Shown here: positions 17,239-27,244 of the stretch, piece after piece
Layout of the letters: each line of letters begins with the position of its first letter
Numbering within the stretch: position 1 is the first letter of the stretch
NCBI GenBank assembly: GCA_947178035.1
Contig: CAMWXA010000001.1
Span: forward strand, 1 to 40,004
Length of the DNA: 40,004 nt
Source: an uncultured Lachnospiraceae bacterium
GTDB lineage: Bacteria; Bacillota; Clostridia; Lachnospirales; Lachnospiraceae
Reading direction: 5' to 3'
Translations under genes and position numbers: made by a program
The notes under the pieces: model-generated
What the model was told of the DNA's origin: nothing
The model's database searches: none
What the model saw: the letters and a program-made list of their open reading frames with translations, nothing else

Positions 17239-17916
17239 ATGAGACAACGATTGATTCTAGTATTCCTTTTATTAAGCACACAGCTGTATGGCTGTTCCGA
17301 TCAGCTGCCGGAAAAGGATGCGCCGATTCCATCTGTGGTCGAAATATCCCTGGATGAGAAAAACGACACAAAACAGGTTGAAGTACCCACGGAAGAGTCT
17401 CGCGATGCAGATTCTGCAATATCTGCAGAGACAGAAACCAATCTGGAACCTGTAAACGCCGCGGACACAGCGAACATTGACGAGGTCTCTCCAAGTGCAG
17501 CTGCGGAACCGGAGGAAGGAATCGTAACAACAGTTAGTTCCTATAGCGCTGCAACAGGTATTCCATCTGCTGAGGTTGAGCGCTATGCAGCGCAAGTCAG
17601 GCAGCAGTTTTTGGAGCATGATTGGACAGCAGTTTCCGCTGAGATTTCTTACCCGATCACAATAGCTGATGTAACTTACAATAACAGCACGGATTTTCTT
17701 AATGCAGCTGGCAGTTTTGAAGATAATCTGGATGAAGCTTTTTTTTCAGCGCTGGAAAGCGAAGACTGTGTGGAAATGTTTTGTAATTTTGAAGGGATTA
17801 TGATTGGTGAAAACGGGCAGGTTTGGATTGCTGAAGTTTTGGACGAAAGCTTTACTTCTCAGGGATTGAAAATAATTGCCGTCAATGGTCTATTCGATGT
17901 GTACAGTGCAGAATAG
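17239..17916 (+). CDS. Acidic lipoprotein of unknown function
   Basis: Signal peptide ending in LYGC; acidic linker; C-terminal domain with ISYPI and GIMIGENGQVWI; GGAGG RBS. Confidence 0.75.
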   Translation: MRQRLILVFLLLSTQLYGCSDQLPEKDAPIPSVVEISLDEKNDTKQVEVPTEESRDADSAISAETETNLEPVNAADTANIDEVSPSAAAEPEEGIVTTVSSYSAATGIPSAEVERYAAQVRQQFLEHDWTAVSAEISYPITIADVTYNNSTDFLNAAGSFEDNLDEAFFSALESEDCVEMFCNFEGIMIGENGQVWIAEVLDESFTSQGLKIIAVNGLFDVYSAE

Positions 17917-17924
17917 GGAAATAC

Positions 17925-17969
17925 AAAAGTTCTTATTGGTAAATTATTCATTTACCAATAAGAACTTTT
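17925..17969. terminator. Bidirectional terminator
   Basis: Perfect 20-bp inverted repeat AAAAGTTCTTATTGGTAAAT-tattc-ATTTACCAATAAGAACTTTT between convergent genes. Confidence 0.85.
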
Positions 17970-17994
17970 TAAAACTGCAATATTGTAATATGCA

Positions 17995-18579
17995 CTAATT
18001 TTTTCTTGCTTCTTTTTTGGCCGCATTAAGATCCGTAATGCCGTTGGCGGCGTTGATATCCCGCGCAAAAGATTCCGCGAACTGCGCGAAGGATTCCGCT
18101 TCTTCCTTCTGCTGGATATTCACCGGATGGTACTTATCGTCCTTGGTGTTGCTCGCGGTTACAAAGAGGTTCATGAATTCTTTCCGGTCTTTGCCGTACA
18201 TGGTCAGCAGACCGTTCTTAAACTCCGCCATCCCAAGGTCACTTTTTGTAATATGAATCGGTTGACTGCTGCTGAGCGTTCCGCCATCGAAGGACAATGG
18301 AACAAGGTATAAATCATCCATCTTAAATGCCACACCATAATACCAGTATTTGGTAGTGGAGGTCACTGTCCTTCCGCCTCCGCCAAAGGAATATTCTTCC
18401 CTTGTGCCATATGCGATTGTGTACGTTTCGCTGTTTGGGACTGTCTGTTTCACAATATTCTGAATTTTTTGCTTTTCCGGGCTGTCAGCCCCTTTCTTTT
18501 CATCAATCGTCATCTTTATGTACACAATCACAAAGAGAACGACAATGGCTATGACACCGATGATAATGTAATTTGTCAT
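17995..18579 (-). CDS. Membrane-anchored hypothetical protein
   Basis: N-terminal TM helix followed by a soluble beta-rich domain; AAGGAG RBS. Confidence 0.72.
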   Translation of the reverse strand: MTNYIIIGVIAIVVLFVIVYIKMTIDEKKGADSPEKQKIQNIVKQTVPNSETYTIAYGTREEYSFGGGGRTVTSTTKYWYYGVAFKMDDLYLVPLSFDGGTLSSSQPIHITKSDLGMAEFKNGLLTMYGKDRKEFMNLFVTASNTKDDKYHPVNIQQKEEAESFAQFAESFARDINAANGITDLNAAKKEARKN

Positions 18580-18686
18580 AAATTTTTCTCCTTTTCCTCA
18601 GATCGCATTGGAATAATATTTTTCCGCGGCAATGATATTGCTCTGCCTATAATATATCGGAGTATTCTTCCGTTTTTTTATAGTTC

Positions 18687-18910
18687 TTACAGATTTGGAA
18701 AAGGATTTGTCAGCAGGATAGAAAACAGAAATCTGTCGCCGCCGTGCTCGACTGCGTATCTCCCACCGTATTTTTCCACGGCTTCGCTCACATTGCGGAT
18801 ACTGTATCCGTGCGCGCGCTGCTCCAGAACCTTGGCCGTTACAAAGATTCTGTCTTTGAAAACCGTGTTCTCTGTCATACTGTTTTCAACCGAGATGGCA
18901 ATCTGGTTCC
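18687..18910 (-). pseudogene. Sensor histidine kinase GHKL-domain C-terminal remnant
   Basis: QIAISVENSM...VTAK...AHGYSIRNVSEAVEKYGG...FLFSILL parallels the intact kinase at 33971 (EVKNP...TTK...HGYGLRSIQEIVKKYGG). The G-box is degenerate and the upstream part is scrambled. Confidence 0.65.
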
Positions 18911-19147
18911 GTTCTGGAACAAACTTCTGTTCGACGTTCTCCTCACCGCACTGACAGCATGGATAGCCGTCCGCGTTACAGTGATATCCCCGCTTTCCCT
19001 TCTTTCTGGTATTGCACGATCCTTCCGCGGTGCTTTATCTTGCTGTATTGATTCCTGCAATGCTTATTTGTTCTTCAGCTGCCTGCATTTTGCTGATGGA
19101 TTCCAACAGTTCCTTAGCATGATAAGAGTGATTCAGGTTTTCGAATC

Positions 19148-19786
19148 TCAGCGCGATGCGGACAACAAGATATCTCTGACAAGCTCTTCGTGCGGATGTT
19201 TTTCGTCTGCCTGATAGACCATTACGCCATGAATATCGGCGCTGCGGTCGATAAATGCCGGGAATAAGAAACCGCAATCGGGAGGCCCGGCTTCATAGTC
19301 ATCGAGCAGTGAGCAGAAAGTGCATATGATAAATTTGTACACTTCCTCCGACTCCCACAGACTTTCCTTGTCCTTCGCCTTGATGGGAATATCGTAGCTC
19401 CCGTAAAGGATTCTGACAGCAAATGGCTTGTCTGTTATGTACTTTTCCCCGATAAACTCATAAAAGAGCTCCAGCAGTGCGTCGTTTTTCAGCTCGCAGT
19501 CTTTTAGCCCCATAAGTATCTGCCACGTATGTCCGGCCTTTTCGTCGTCCCTGGAAAAGGGGTGGTAGATTAAATTCTTATTGGTCTCTGAAAAGGGCAC
19601 AGTCTTTGCAAGGCGCAGATTTGTCTCGATGTCCTTTGCCGACAGTTTCAGAAAATGCCGGTTAAACGTGCCGTCGACAAAGCCTTCCTCGTCAAAATAT
19701 GCGCCGGCGATGCGCGAGAAACAGTTTCTTTTCGGCGTCATGCGCCTTGTCAGTTCAAGCATATCTTCCCTGTTGACTGCCGTCAT
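19148..19786 (-). CDS. DUF4317-like protein
   Basis: NREDMLELTRRMTP...RIAGAYFDEEG..DGTFN..FLKL...GFLFPAF.DRS.D; start reset to MTAVNRED after GGGGG RBS. Confidence 0.72.
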   Translation of the reverse strand: MTAVNREDMLELTRRMTPKRNCFSRIAGAYFDEEGFVDGTFNRHFLKLSAKDIETNLRLAKTVPFSETNKNLIYHPFSRDDEKAGHTWQILMGLKDCELKNDALLELFYEFIGEKYITDKPFAVRILYGSYDIPIKAKDKESLWESEEVYKFIICTFCSLLDDYEAGPPDCGFLFPAFIDRSADIHGVMVYQADEKHPHEELVRDILLSASR

Positions 19787-20078
19787 AGTGATTCCCCCCT
19801 GCCTGTTTTGATGTGCATAATAAAACGTCATGCTTTGACTGGTATGATGCGGCGCGGACGTTATTATGCAGCAATTCTTACAATAGTATACCATACATTG
19901 CCGCGGAATCCATACTTTATCGAAAGATTTTGAATTTCATCTGACCTTAAAACTGATAAAATTCTTTATAAAACTGAAAACTTTTTCCAGAGTCATGACA
20001 ATATATCTATGCAAGGGCTAATCTTTGCAAGCCGATAGGTCGACATATCGACTTGAAAAAAGAAGGAGGATGGCTGCT

Positions 20079-20618
20079 ATGAATAAGGATGAATTCGAGC
20101 GGTTTGTCCTGAAGTTTGGAAAGGATATTCTGCGGTTTTGCCGGATGACAGCCGGAGATGCAGAAAATGGAGACGAACTGTATCAGGACACGATGCTCAA
20201 ACTGCTGGAGAAAAAGCAAAGGCTGAACGCTGCGCAGAACGCAAAGAGTTATGCTTTATCCGTTTCAATTTATCTCTGGAAAAATAAGAAGAAAAAGTAT
20301 GCAAACAGAATGCGGTTAGTTCCGGTTGACAGTATGGACGGGATGGACGATGCAGGATATCAGATGGCTGACCATGAGGAGGAAGCTTCGCCAGAGCATA
20401 TTGTTTTGCAGCAAAATGAGGCGGATATGATTCAGGGATTTGTGGCATCCCTGCCTGAGAAGTACAGAATACCGATCTATTTGTATTATTCGGCAGATAT
20501 GCAGATCAATGAGATAGCTGAGATTCTCGGACTGCCGGAGGGAACTGTCAAGAGCCGGATGCGGAAGGCAAAGAAGCAGCTAAAGGAAAAATTGGAGGCG
20601 ATAGGATATGACAGATGA
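20079..20618 (+). CDS. ECF RNA polymerase sigma factor
   Basis: Region 2 DELYQDTMLK; region 4 LPEKYRIPIYLYY...EIAEILGLPEGTVKSRMRKAK. Confidence 0.92.
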   Translation: MNKDEFERFVLKFGKDILRFCRMTAGDAENGDELYQDTMLKLLEKKQRLNAAQNAKSYALSVSIYLWKNKKKKYANRMRLVPVDSMDGMDDAGYQMADHEEEASPEHIVLQQNEADMIQGFVASLPEKYRIPIYLYYSADMQINEIAEILGLPEGTVKSRMRKAKKQLKEKLEAIGYDR

Positions 20619-21786
20619 AAAATTGGATCAAATCTTAAAGCAGGCCCTTGCTCCTGAAATTAGTGACAGAGAAATTCAGGTACACAGAAGGAGGAAGGAT
20701 AAAATGAAATTTGGCGCGATAGGAAAAGCAGCGGCGGTGGCTGCTGCAGCGGTTGTTGTTGGAATTGGAGGACTGGGCTATTTTAATCCGGTGCTTGCGG
20801 CAAAGATTCCGCTGATTGGCAGGATTTTTGAGAAGGTTGAGGATGACGTCATATATTCCGGTGATTATACGGACAAGGGAATTGTCCTGACAAATGAGAA
20901 TCAGGCGGGCAGTCTGGATACATCGGACTATTCTGTATCGGATAGCGGAATCACACTGACGGCTTCGGAAGTCTACTGCGATGGATACTCCATATTCCTT
21001 ACAGTCAATATTGAGGCGGAAGATGCAGATTTTACGCATATTCCAAAACACTATACAGGTATGAATATCTCAGAGAACCGGGAAGCCGCAGGGTTTTATA
21101 TAGACGGGACATGGAGTGTCAATGGAAGCTCACCGGAATATCTCGAGAATACATTCGAGGGGGAGGTAATTGACAGCCACACATTTGCAGGTATGCTGAA
21201 GATTAATCTTGCGGAGCGTGTTTCTGGCAGCGGCGAACTGAATTTGAATGTAAGCGGTCTCGGTTACGATGATGACCGGCTGTCTGACAGCGAAGAGATA
21301 TCGGCATCCCACTGGACGGATGGCAGCTGGAATATGGTCCTTCCATTTGAGGTGAACGGGACGGATGTAAAGATGATTGAAGTGGGTGAGAAGAACGGGG
21401 ACATTGTGCTTGACAATGTAGTGGTATCTCCTTATCAGGTAATTGTCCACACGACAACACCTGGAAAGCAGAGAGAACTGACAGATGACAGGAGGGAAAA
21501 ACTGCTTTCAAAAGATCCTGATTTGACAGATGCAGAGATGCTAGAGATGTTTGGATGGTCTTATGAACCATGCTTCACTATTTGTTATAATCAGGATGGG
21601 GAACAGCTTTACCCGGATATGGAGGTGGCAGGCAGGGCCGGATTTGCCGTTCAGGGAAAAGAAATAAAAACGCTGCATATCTTCATCTTTGATAATTTCG
21701 ATGACTGTATCCGGATGGAAGAGGAAGGAATCAACAGCGGTGCTGCAGATAAGGCTGTCATTGCGAAGGAGATATGTGTGGAGTAA
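20608..21786 (+). CDS. Putative anti-sigma factor (DUF4179-like, single TM)
   Basis: Overlaps the sigma stop. Short cytoplasmic N-terminus, Ala/Val TM segment, AKIPLIGRIF and SDSGITLTASEVYCDG patterns. Confidence 0.8.
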   Translation: MTDEKLDQILKQALAPEISDREIQVHRRRKDKMKFGAIGKAAAVAAAAVVVGIGGLGYFNPVLAAKIPLIGRIFEKVEDDVIYSGDYTDKGIVLTNENQAGSLDTSDYSVSDSGITLTASEVYCDGYSIFLTVNIEAEDADFTHIPKHYTGMNISENREAAGFYIDGTWSVNGSSPEYLENTFEGEVIDSHTFAGMLKINLAERVSGSGELNLNVSGLGYDDDRLSDSEEISASHWTDGSWNMVLPFEVNGTDVKMIEVGEKNGDIVLDNVVVSPYQVIVHTTTPGKQRELTDDRREKLLSKDPDLTDAEMLEMFGWSYEPCFTICYNQDGEQLYPDMEVAGRAGFAVQGKEIKTLHIFIFDNFDDCIRMEEEGINSGAADKAVIAKEICVE

Positions 21787-22015
21787 ATGTGACAATCATA
21801 GAACTTTATACGGTAAAAGAGATTGCAGGATAGAACAGCTTGCAGGACTTCAAACAGTGTAGGGCAGCAGCGCAGAAGAAATTTTATATTGTGTTTAAAG
21901 CAGGGAAATTACTGGTTCATCAGATATATTTCTCTGCTTTTTTTGCAGTATGTAGGAATTTTAGCGAAACCAGTCGCTGACAGATTTTATTCCAGGATTT
22001 TTTATAAATAAAGGA

Positions 22016-22056
22016 TTGACAACTCTGTACATATAGTGTATATATTAATATATACA
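22016..22056 (+). promoter_or_regulatory. Sigma-A promoter overlapped by a GntR/YtrA-type operator
   Basis: TTGACA at 22016. A perfect 20-bp palindrome TGTATATATTAATATATACA (22037-22056) covers the -10 region. Confidence 0.78.
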
Positions 22057-22104
22057 GTAGATTTACAGTAAAAATCAATCATAACGGGAGGGCGCAGGAA
22101 TCAA

Positions 22105-22992
22105 ATGAATTTATTGCAGGCAGATCACCTCACAAAAAAATTAGGTTCTTTTCATCTGAACAATATCTCCTTCACCCTTCCGCCTGGCTATATTTGCGGT
22201 CTTGTCGGGCAGAATGGCGCGGGGAAAACGACGCTGCTCCATCTGATACTCGGTCTGTACAACGCAGATGAGGGGACGATTCTGATGAATGGAATGAATT
22301 ACGAGACACAGGAGAAGCAAATTCGTGACATGATTGGAACGGTATTGGTGGAGGATTTACTGAATCCTTCCATGACATTGATCCAAAATGCGGACTGGTA
22401 CGGAAAGTATTATTCCAATTATAGCCATACATGTATGGAAAACTATCTGTCCCTGTTTCATCTGGAAAAAAAGAGAAAATATGGCAGGCTGTCAAAGGGA
22501 GAGAAATTAAAATGCCAGTTTGCGTTTGCGCTGTCCCATGATGCGAAGCTTCTGATATTAGATGAGCCGGCTGGGAATTTTGATCCGGATTTCAGAGGAC
22601 AGTTTTTTCAGATTTTAAAGGGGTTTATTCAGGATGAGACGCGGAGCGTTATCTTAGCGACACACATCACAGAAGATATTGACCGCATGGCAGATTACAT
22701 TGTTTATCTGGAAAACGGCAATCAGATATTTGCGGGAGATATCGAAGAACTGCGCCAGAGATATCAAATGGTGTCTGGGGAGGCGTACAAGATCAGGCTG
22801 CTCGCGCCGGAACGGGTGATTCATCTGGAAGAGAGACAATACGGTGCGAAGGCACTGATTGCGCACAGCCGTTTCAACCAGTATGATGAGAGTCTCGCGG
22901 TTTCTGATCCGACGATTGAGGAGCTGATGTATTTTTATGCAAAACGCAGTACGACATCAGTGCAGGGCGGCGGAAAGGGGATGCAGTTATGA
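22105..22992 (+). CDS. ABC transporter ATP-binding protein (YtrB-like)
   Basis: GQNGAGKTT, LSKGE signature, LILDEP, ATH. Confidence 0.93.
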   Translation: MNLLQADHLTKKLGSFHLNNISFTLPPGYICGLVGQNGAGKTTLLHLILGLYNADEGTILMNGMNYETQEKQIRDMIGTVLVEDLLNPSMTLIQNADWYGKYYSNYSHTCMENYLSLFHLEKKRKYGRLSKGEKLKCQFAFALSHDAKLLILDEPAGNFDPDFRGQFFQILKGFIQDETRSVILATHITEDIDRMADYIVYLENGNQIFAGDIEELRQRYQMVSGEAYKIRLLAPERVIHLEERQYGAKALIAHSRFNQYDESLAVSDPTIEELMYFYAKRSTTSVQGGGKGMQL

Positions 22993-23657
22993 CAAAATAT
23001 ATTATCCGTGATTTTTTTGGAGCGTTTCGGATAAGCAGTCTGAGACAAAATAAGGCTTCGTATCAGTGTATCTATGGGATGATTTATATTTTCTGCATGT
23101 CAGTTTTTACCCAGCGTATCTGGGCTGACCAGGCCGCATGGCGAAAAGTGATTGTTGAAAATGTACTGCTTCTCCCAATGCTTTTCTCGTATTGTTCTGC
23201 GTCTGTACATTCCATACAGCTTGAAAAAATGATGTATCTGTGTCCGATGGATCGCAGAGAGCGCAGATATTATATCTACGGTTCGTACTGCTTCAGGTCG
23301 GGAGTGCATGTGCTGGTCGCTGCAGCGGGGATTTGCATTGCGGTATCCATATCAGGCTGTGACCTCTTTTTCGCGATTCAGATTTTGCTGAATCATGCGC
23401 TGATTGCCATTATGGTCAGCCATGGGCAGCGCACAGGTGATAAGAGCCGCAGAAAGGTCATAATCATTGGAGAAATTATATTTGTGACAGCGCTGTTTTC
23501 CAATGTAATACTGTTTAGCATCATTGTGTATGCACCGCATGTTTTGTGGGTCAGGCTGGCTGTATTTTTCGTTTTTTGTCTTGTGCAGCTGCCGTTGGAA
23601 ATCTGGTATGTGCAATATATCAGGAAGGCACTGCGGGCGGCAGTCACGTTTGAGTAG
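22989..23657 (+). CDS. ABC transporter permease-like membrane protein
   Basis: About 6 TM segments, YLCPM motif, ATGA overlap with the ATPase gene. Confidence 0.72.
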   Translation: MTKYIIRDFFGAFRISSLRQNKASYQCIYGMIYIFCMSVFTQRIWADQAAWRKVIVENVLLLPMLFSYCSASVHSIQLEKMMYLCPMDRRERRYYIYGSYCFRSGVHVLVAAAGICIAVSISGCDLFFAIQILLNHALIAIMVSHGQRTGDKSRRKVIIIGEIIFVTALFSNVILFSIIVYAPHVLWVRLAVFFVFCLVQLPLEIWYVQYIRKALRAAVTFE

Positions 23658-23678
23658 AAAGAAAGGTATTGAATCTCA

Positions 23679-24050
23679 ATGAAGATAACAATTCTTCCGC
23701 AGGGAACGCTGGCAATCTATGAGCAGATTGTCAACCAGCTGAAAAACGAAATTGTGACGGGCGGGCTGAAAGCAGGGGAGGCGCTGCCCTCAATCCGCTC
23801 TCTGGCAGCAGAGCTGGGCGTCAGTGTCATCACGACAAAACGCGCATACGAAGAACTGGAAAAAGAAGGACTCATACGCTCTGTCGCGGGCAAGGGATTT
23901 TATGTCTGTGAGTACAATACAGACTATCTGCGGGAGAAACAGTTGATGATGCTTGAGAAACGTCTTGGAGAGGTCATATACGAGGCAAAACAGGCGGGGG
24001 TGGACTGTGAAGAGCTGATTGAGATGGTCGGGGCGCTGTACAGAGAATAG
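23679..24050 (+). CDS. GntR-family (YtrA subfamily) transcriptional regulator
   Basis: IYEQIVNQLK...LPSIRSLAAELGVSVITTKRAYEELEKEGLI...GKGFYV; 123 aa with a short C-terminus. Confidence 0.93.
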   Translation: MKITILPQGTLAIYEQIVNQLKNEIVTGGLKAGEALPSIRSLAAELGVSVITTKRAYEELEKEGLIRSVAGKGFYVCEYNTDYLREKQLMMLEKRLGEVIYEAKQAGVDCEELIEMVGALYRE

Positions 24051-24069
24051 CGTGTCCGGGGAGGGCAGA

Positions 24070-24819
24070 ATGGAAAAATCAATCTTGACATTTGATCATG
24101 TCACAGGATTAAGACGAAGATTTTCTCCGCAAAACTGGGGTTTCAAAAATGCTGCATTCAGAAAGTTCGTGCTGCAGGATATCAGTTTTGATCTGAAAGC
24201 AGGATATATTTATGGACTGATGGGAGAAAATGGCGCCGGCAAAACAACACTGATGCACTATATCCTGAAAGACAATATTTCGTACGAGGGACATATTTTT
24301 ATAGAAGGAACGGATATTCGCACCGACCATGCGCAATTACTGAATCGCGTTGGATACGTGTCTGAGGACAGGCAGTTTTTTGAAAACTGCACCGCGGCAC
24401 AGAATGCGGAAATTCTTGGAGGATTTTATGAGAACTTCCATCAAAAGACGTTTCTTGACATCATGGATTCCATGAATCTGTCCGCCGATAAAGTCTATCG
24501 GACGATGTCGAGAGGAGAGCGCCTGAAATTTCAACTGGCGTTTGCCATAGCGCACGAGCCGTGCCTGTACCTTCTCGACGAGGTGACAGCGGGAATGGAC
24601 CCGGTTTTCCGCATCGATTTTTTTCAGATACTGCAGCAGATTATCATGGACGAGCGCGCCTGTGTCCTCATGACCAGCCATATCTCCTCGGAAATAGAGA
24701 CGAGGACCGACTATGTTGGTGTGATGGAAAACGGCTGTCTGGCGGCGTTTGGGGAAAGTCTGGATATGATACCCAGGCTGAAAAACAGAGGGAGGACGGG
24801 CGATGAGAGGAATCGATGA
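24070..24819 (+). CDS. ABC transporter ATP-binding protein
   Basis: GENGAGKTT, MSRGE, LLDEVT, TSH; start reset to MEKSIL. Confidence 0.92.
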   Translation: MEKSILTFDHVTGLRRRFSPQNWGFKNAAFRKFVLQDISFDLKAGYIYGLMGENGAGKTTLMHYILKDNISYEGHIFIEGTDIRTDHAQLLNRVGYVSEDRQFFENCTAAQNAEILGGFYENFHQKTFLDIMDSMNLSADKVYRTMSRGERLKFQLAFAIAHEPCLYLLDEVTAGMDPVFRIDFFQILQQIIMDERACVLMTSHISSEIETRTDYVGVMENGCLAAFGESLDMIPRLKNRGRTGDERNR

Positions 24820-25300
24820 AAAGCAGCAGATTTTGTTAAAGAATTTTTATGCACAGGAAAAAACTTGGGGAACTGATTATTATCTGTTTGATTTTGTTGC
24901 GGGAATTTTATTGTTTCCTGCGATGATACTGTTTATCATGCCCTTCCAGATCTGGGAAGGGGACTACCAGGTGCTGGGGATTTGTTTTCTCATAGAATTG
25001 ATGGGGCTGGAGATGTATGTGAAACAGTACTGCGAATTTCGCGACAAAGGGAAGCGCAGGAGCGTCCGCAATATAATTTGTTATGTACCAGTTTCTTACA
25101 GACAATTTGCATTGTATGTATTGAAAAAGCTGTTAAAGCTGTGTCTGTGTCTGACCGGCGCCGCGGCGGCCTGTCAGACGGTGTTTGCGCTGGCATTTCT
25201 GGATACGTTTTCTGCCGGGAATCTGCTGATGCCGCTTCTGGGCTGCATGGTTTTGCCGATGCTTCTAATAGGGAGTACGTTCTTGTGGAAGCTGCGCTGA
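24803..25300 (+). CDS. ABC transporter permease-like membrane protein
   Basis: About 4 TM segments, YVPVS motif, overlaps the ATPase gene. Confidence 0.7.
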   Translation: MRGIDEKQQILLKNFYAQEKTWGTDYYLFDFVAGILLFPAMILFIMPFQIWEGDYQVLGICFLIELMGLEMYVKQYCEFRDKGKRRSVRNIICYVPVSYRQFALYVLKKLLKLCLCLTGAAAACQTVFALAFLDTFSAGNLLMPLLGCMVLPMLLIGSTFLWKLR

Positions 25301-25519
25301 AATCCGGAGTATGAGAAAGCGCCGCCAATATGCGCGGAGGACTTGACAGTAAAGTATTATACGGATAAAGTAATTACAGAGGTTCATGTGGCATCTTTTT
25401 CCATGGACGGCGGTCTGGGCAGGGAACTTGCCTTTGCGCAGGGGGAGGATGCAAACGGCAGATATCTCTCGTTTACGGTGCCAATTTTGGAATATTGGGA
25501 TATGGTCTACATGAAATAA
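25301..25519 (+). pseudogene. C-terminal remnant of a GH66 dextranase / cycloisomaltooligosaccharide glucanotransferase
   Basis: Open frame without a start: NPEYEKAPPICAEDLTVKYYTDKVITEVHVASFSMDGGLGRELAFAQGEDANGRYLSFTVPILEYWDMVYMK*. The F.VP.LEYWDM.Y ending is typical of GH66. Confidence 0.7.
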
Positions 25520-25580
25520 AGAGAATTGTAGGAAGCGCAACGGTCGCGCGCATAAAACAGGACAGGAGGACAAGAGTGAT

Positions 25581-27227
25581 ATGAAGGAAATGAAGGAAAT
25601 GACTCAGACAGTCAGCAGCAAATGGTGGCAGCGTGCGGTGATCTATCAGATCTACCCGCGCAGTTTTGCGGACAGCAACGGGGACGGAATAGGCGATCTG
25701 CAGGGGATTATCGCGAAGTTAGACTATTTGGAGACGCTTGGAATCGACGCGATCTGGCTCTCACCGGTGTGCAGGTCTCCTCAGGATGACAATGGATATG
25801 ATATCTCTGACTATCGGGATATCGATCCAATGTTTGGCACTTTGGCGGATATGGAGGAGCTGATTGAGGAAGCGCAAAAGCATCATATCCGCATCATTAT
25901 GGATCTGGTGCTGAATCACTCTTCGGACGAGCATTACTGGTTTCAGGAAGCAAAAAAGAGCAGGGAAAATCCTTATCACGACTACTATGTCTGGAGAGAC
26001 GGCACAGAGGGAGAATATCCCAATGACATGCGGGCGGCTTTCGGCGGTTCGGCCTGGGAGTGGGTACCAGAAATACAGCAGTATTATTTCCATCAATTTT
26101 CTGTAAAACAGCCGGATTTAAACTGGGAAAATCCCAAGCTGCGCCAGGAGATCTATGACATGATCAACTGGTGGATCGGAAAGGGTGTGGGAGGGTTCCG
26201 CCTGGATGTGATTGACCAGATTGCGAAGGAGCCGGACAAAAAGATTACCAACAATGGACCAAGGCTTCACGAGTATCTGAGAGAGCTGAGCAGGGAGACG
26301 TTCCAGAAGGCAGATCTGGTCACAGTCGGGGAGGCGTGGGGCGCTACGACAGAGCTTGCAAAGCTGTACAGCAACCCGGATAACAGCGAGTTGTCGATGG
26401 TATTCCAGTTTGAGCATATCTGTCTGGACCAGATCGAAGGAAAAGAGAAATGGGACCTTGCGCCGCTGCCTTTTATGAAGCTGAAAGAAGTGTTTGGGCG
26501 CTGGCAGACAGAACTGTGCGGTAAGGGCTGGAACAGTCTGTTCTGGAACAACCACGACCTGCCGCGTATCGTCTCGCGCTGGGGAAATGACGGGCAGTAT
26601 CGGGTAGAATCCGCAAAGATGCTGGCGGTCCTTTTGCATGGGCTGCAGGGGACGCCGTATATTTATCAGGGTGAAGAGCTCGGAATGACGAATGTGCAGT
26701 ATGAAATCGAAGACTACCGCGATATTGAGACGCTGAACCTCTATCGGGAGCGGCTGGAAAAGGGGTATTCCAGAGAGGAGATTATGCGTTCTATCCATGC
26801 GAAGAGCCGCGATAACGCAAGGACACCGATGCAGTGGAATGACGGCGCGAATGCGGGATTTACGGAGGGAACGCCATGGCTGAAAATCAATCCGAATTAC
26901 AAGGAGATTCATGCCAAAGGGCAGATTGGCGACGAGGATTCCATTTTTTCCTGCTATCAGAAGCTTATCCGGCTGCGCAAGGAGTATTCTGTATTTGTGG
27001 ACGGTGATTTCCGGATGCTGCTGGAGAATCACAGGAATATCTTTGCTTATACCAGAACAAATGTGGATTCCCGGCTTCTCGTTGTCTGCAATTTTTATGA
27101 CACGACTGTCAGTTATTCGCTGGAGGAGGATGTCACTGGTATGGAACTGCTGATTAGCAATTACAAAGATGCGGATCAGACAGGAGTACTGCGTCCTTAT
27201 GAGGCGAGAATGTATTTGAAGAAATAA
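25581..27227 (+). CDS. GH13 oligo-1,6-glucosidase / dextran glucosidase
   Basis: YQIYPRSF, DLVLNH, QPDLN, GFRLDVI (Val after the nucleophile indicates alpha-1,6 specificity), TVGE, NNHD, SRDNARTPMQW. Confidence 0.93.
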   Translation: MKEMKEMTQTVSSKWWQRAVIYQIYPRSFADSNGDGIGDLQGIIAKLDYLETLGIDAIWLSPVCRSPQDDNGYDISDYRDIDPMFGTLADMEELIEEAQKHHIRIIMDLVLNHSSDEHYWFQEAKKSRENPYHDYYVWRDGTEGEYPNDMRAAFGGSAWEWVPEIQQYYFHQFSVKQPDLNWENPKLRQEIYDMINWWIGKGVGGFRLDVIDQIAKEPDKKITNNGPRLHEYLRELSRETFQKADLVTVGEAWGATTELAKLYSNPDNSELSMVFQFEHICLDQIEGKEKWDLAPLPFMKLKEVFGRWQTELCGKGWNSLFWNNHDLPRIVSRWGNDGQYRVESAKMLAVLLHGLQGTPYIYQGEELGMTNVQYEIEDYRDIETLNLYRERLEKGYSREEIMRSIHAKSRDNARTPMQWNDGANAGFTEGTPWLKINPNYKEIHAKGQIGDEDSIFSCYQKLIRLRKEYSVFVDGDFRMLLENHRNIFAYTRTNVDSRLLVVCNFYDTTVSYSLEEDVTGMELLISNYKDADQTGVLRPYEARMYLKK

Positions 27228-27244
27228 AAAAACGGGGGACGAAA

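Noticed and set aside
21789-21835. ELYTVKEIA, excisionase/MerR-like HTH start
   Set aside because: It stops after a few codons, has no RBS and is compatible with chance.
25298-25300. Programmed readthrough or selenocysteine at the permease TGA into the in-frame GH66-like tail
   Set aside because: No evident SECIS-like hairpin. The fusion makes no structural sense, and an in-frame junction has a one-in-three chance.
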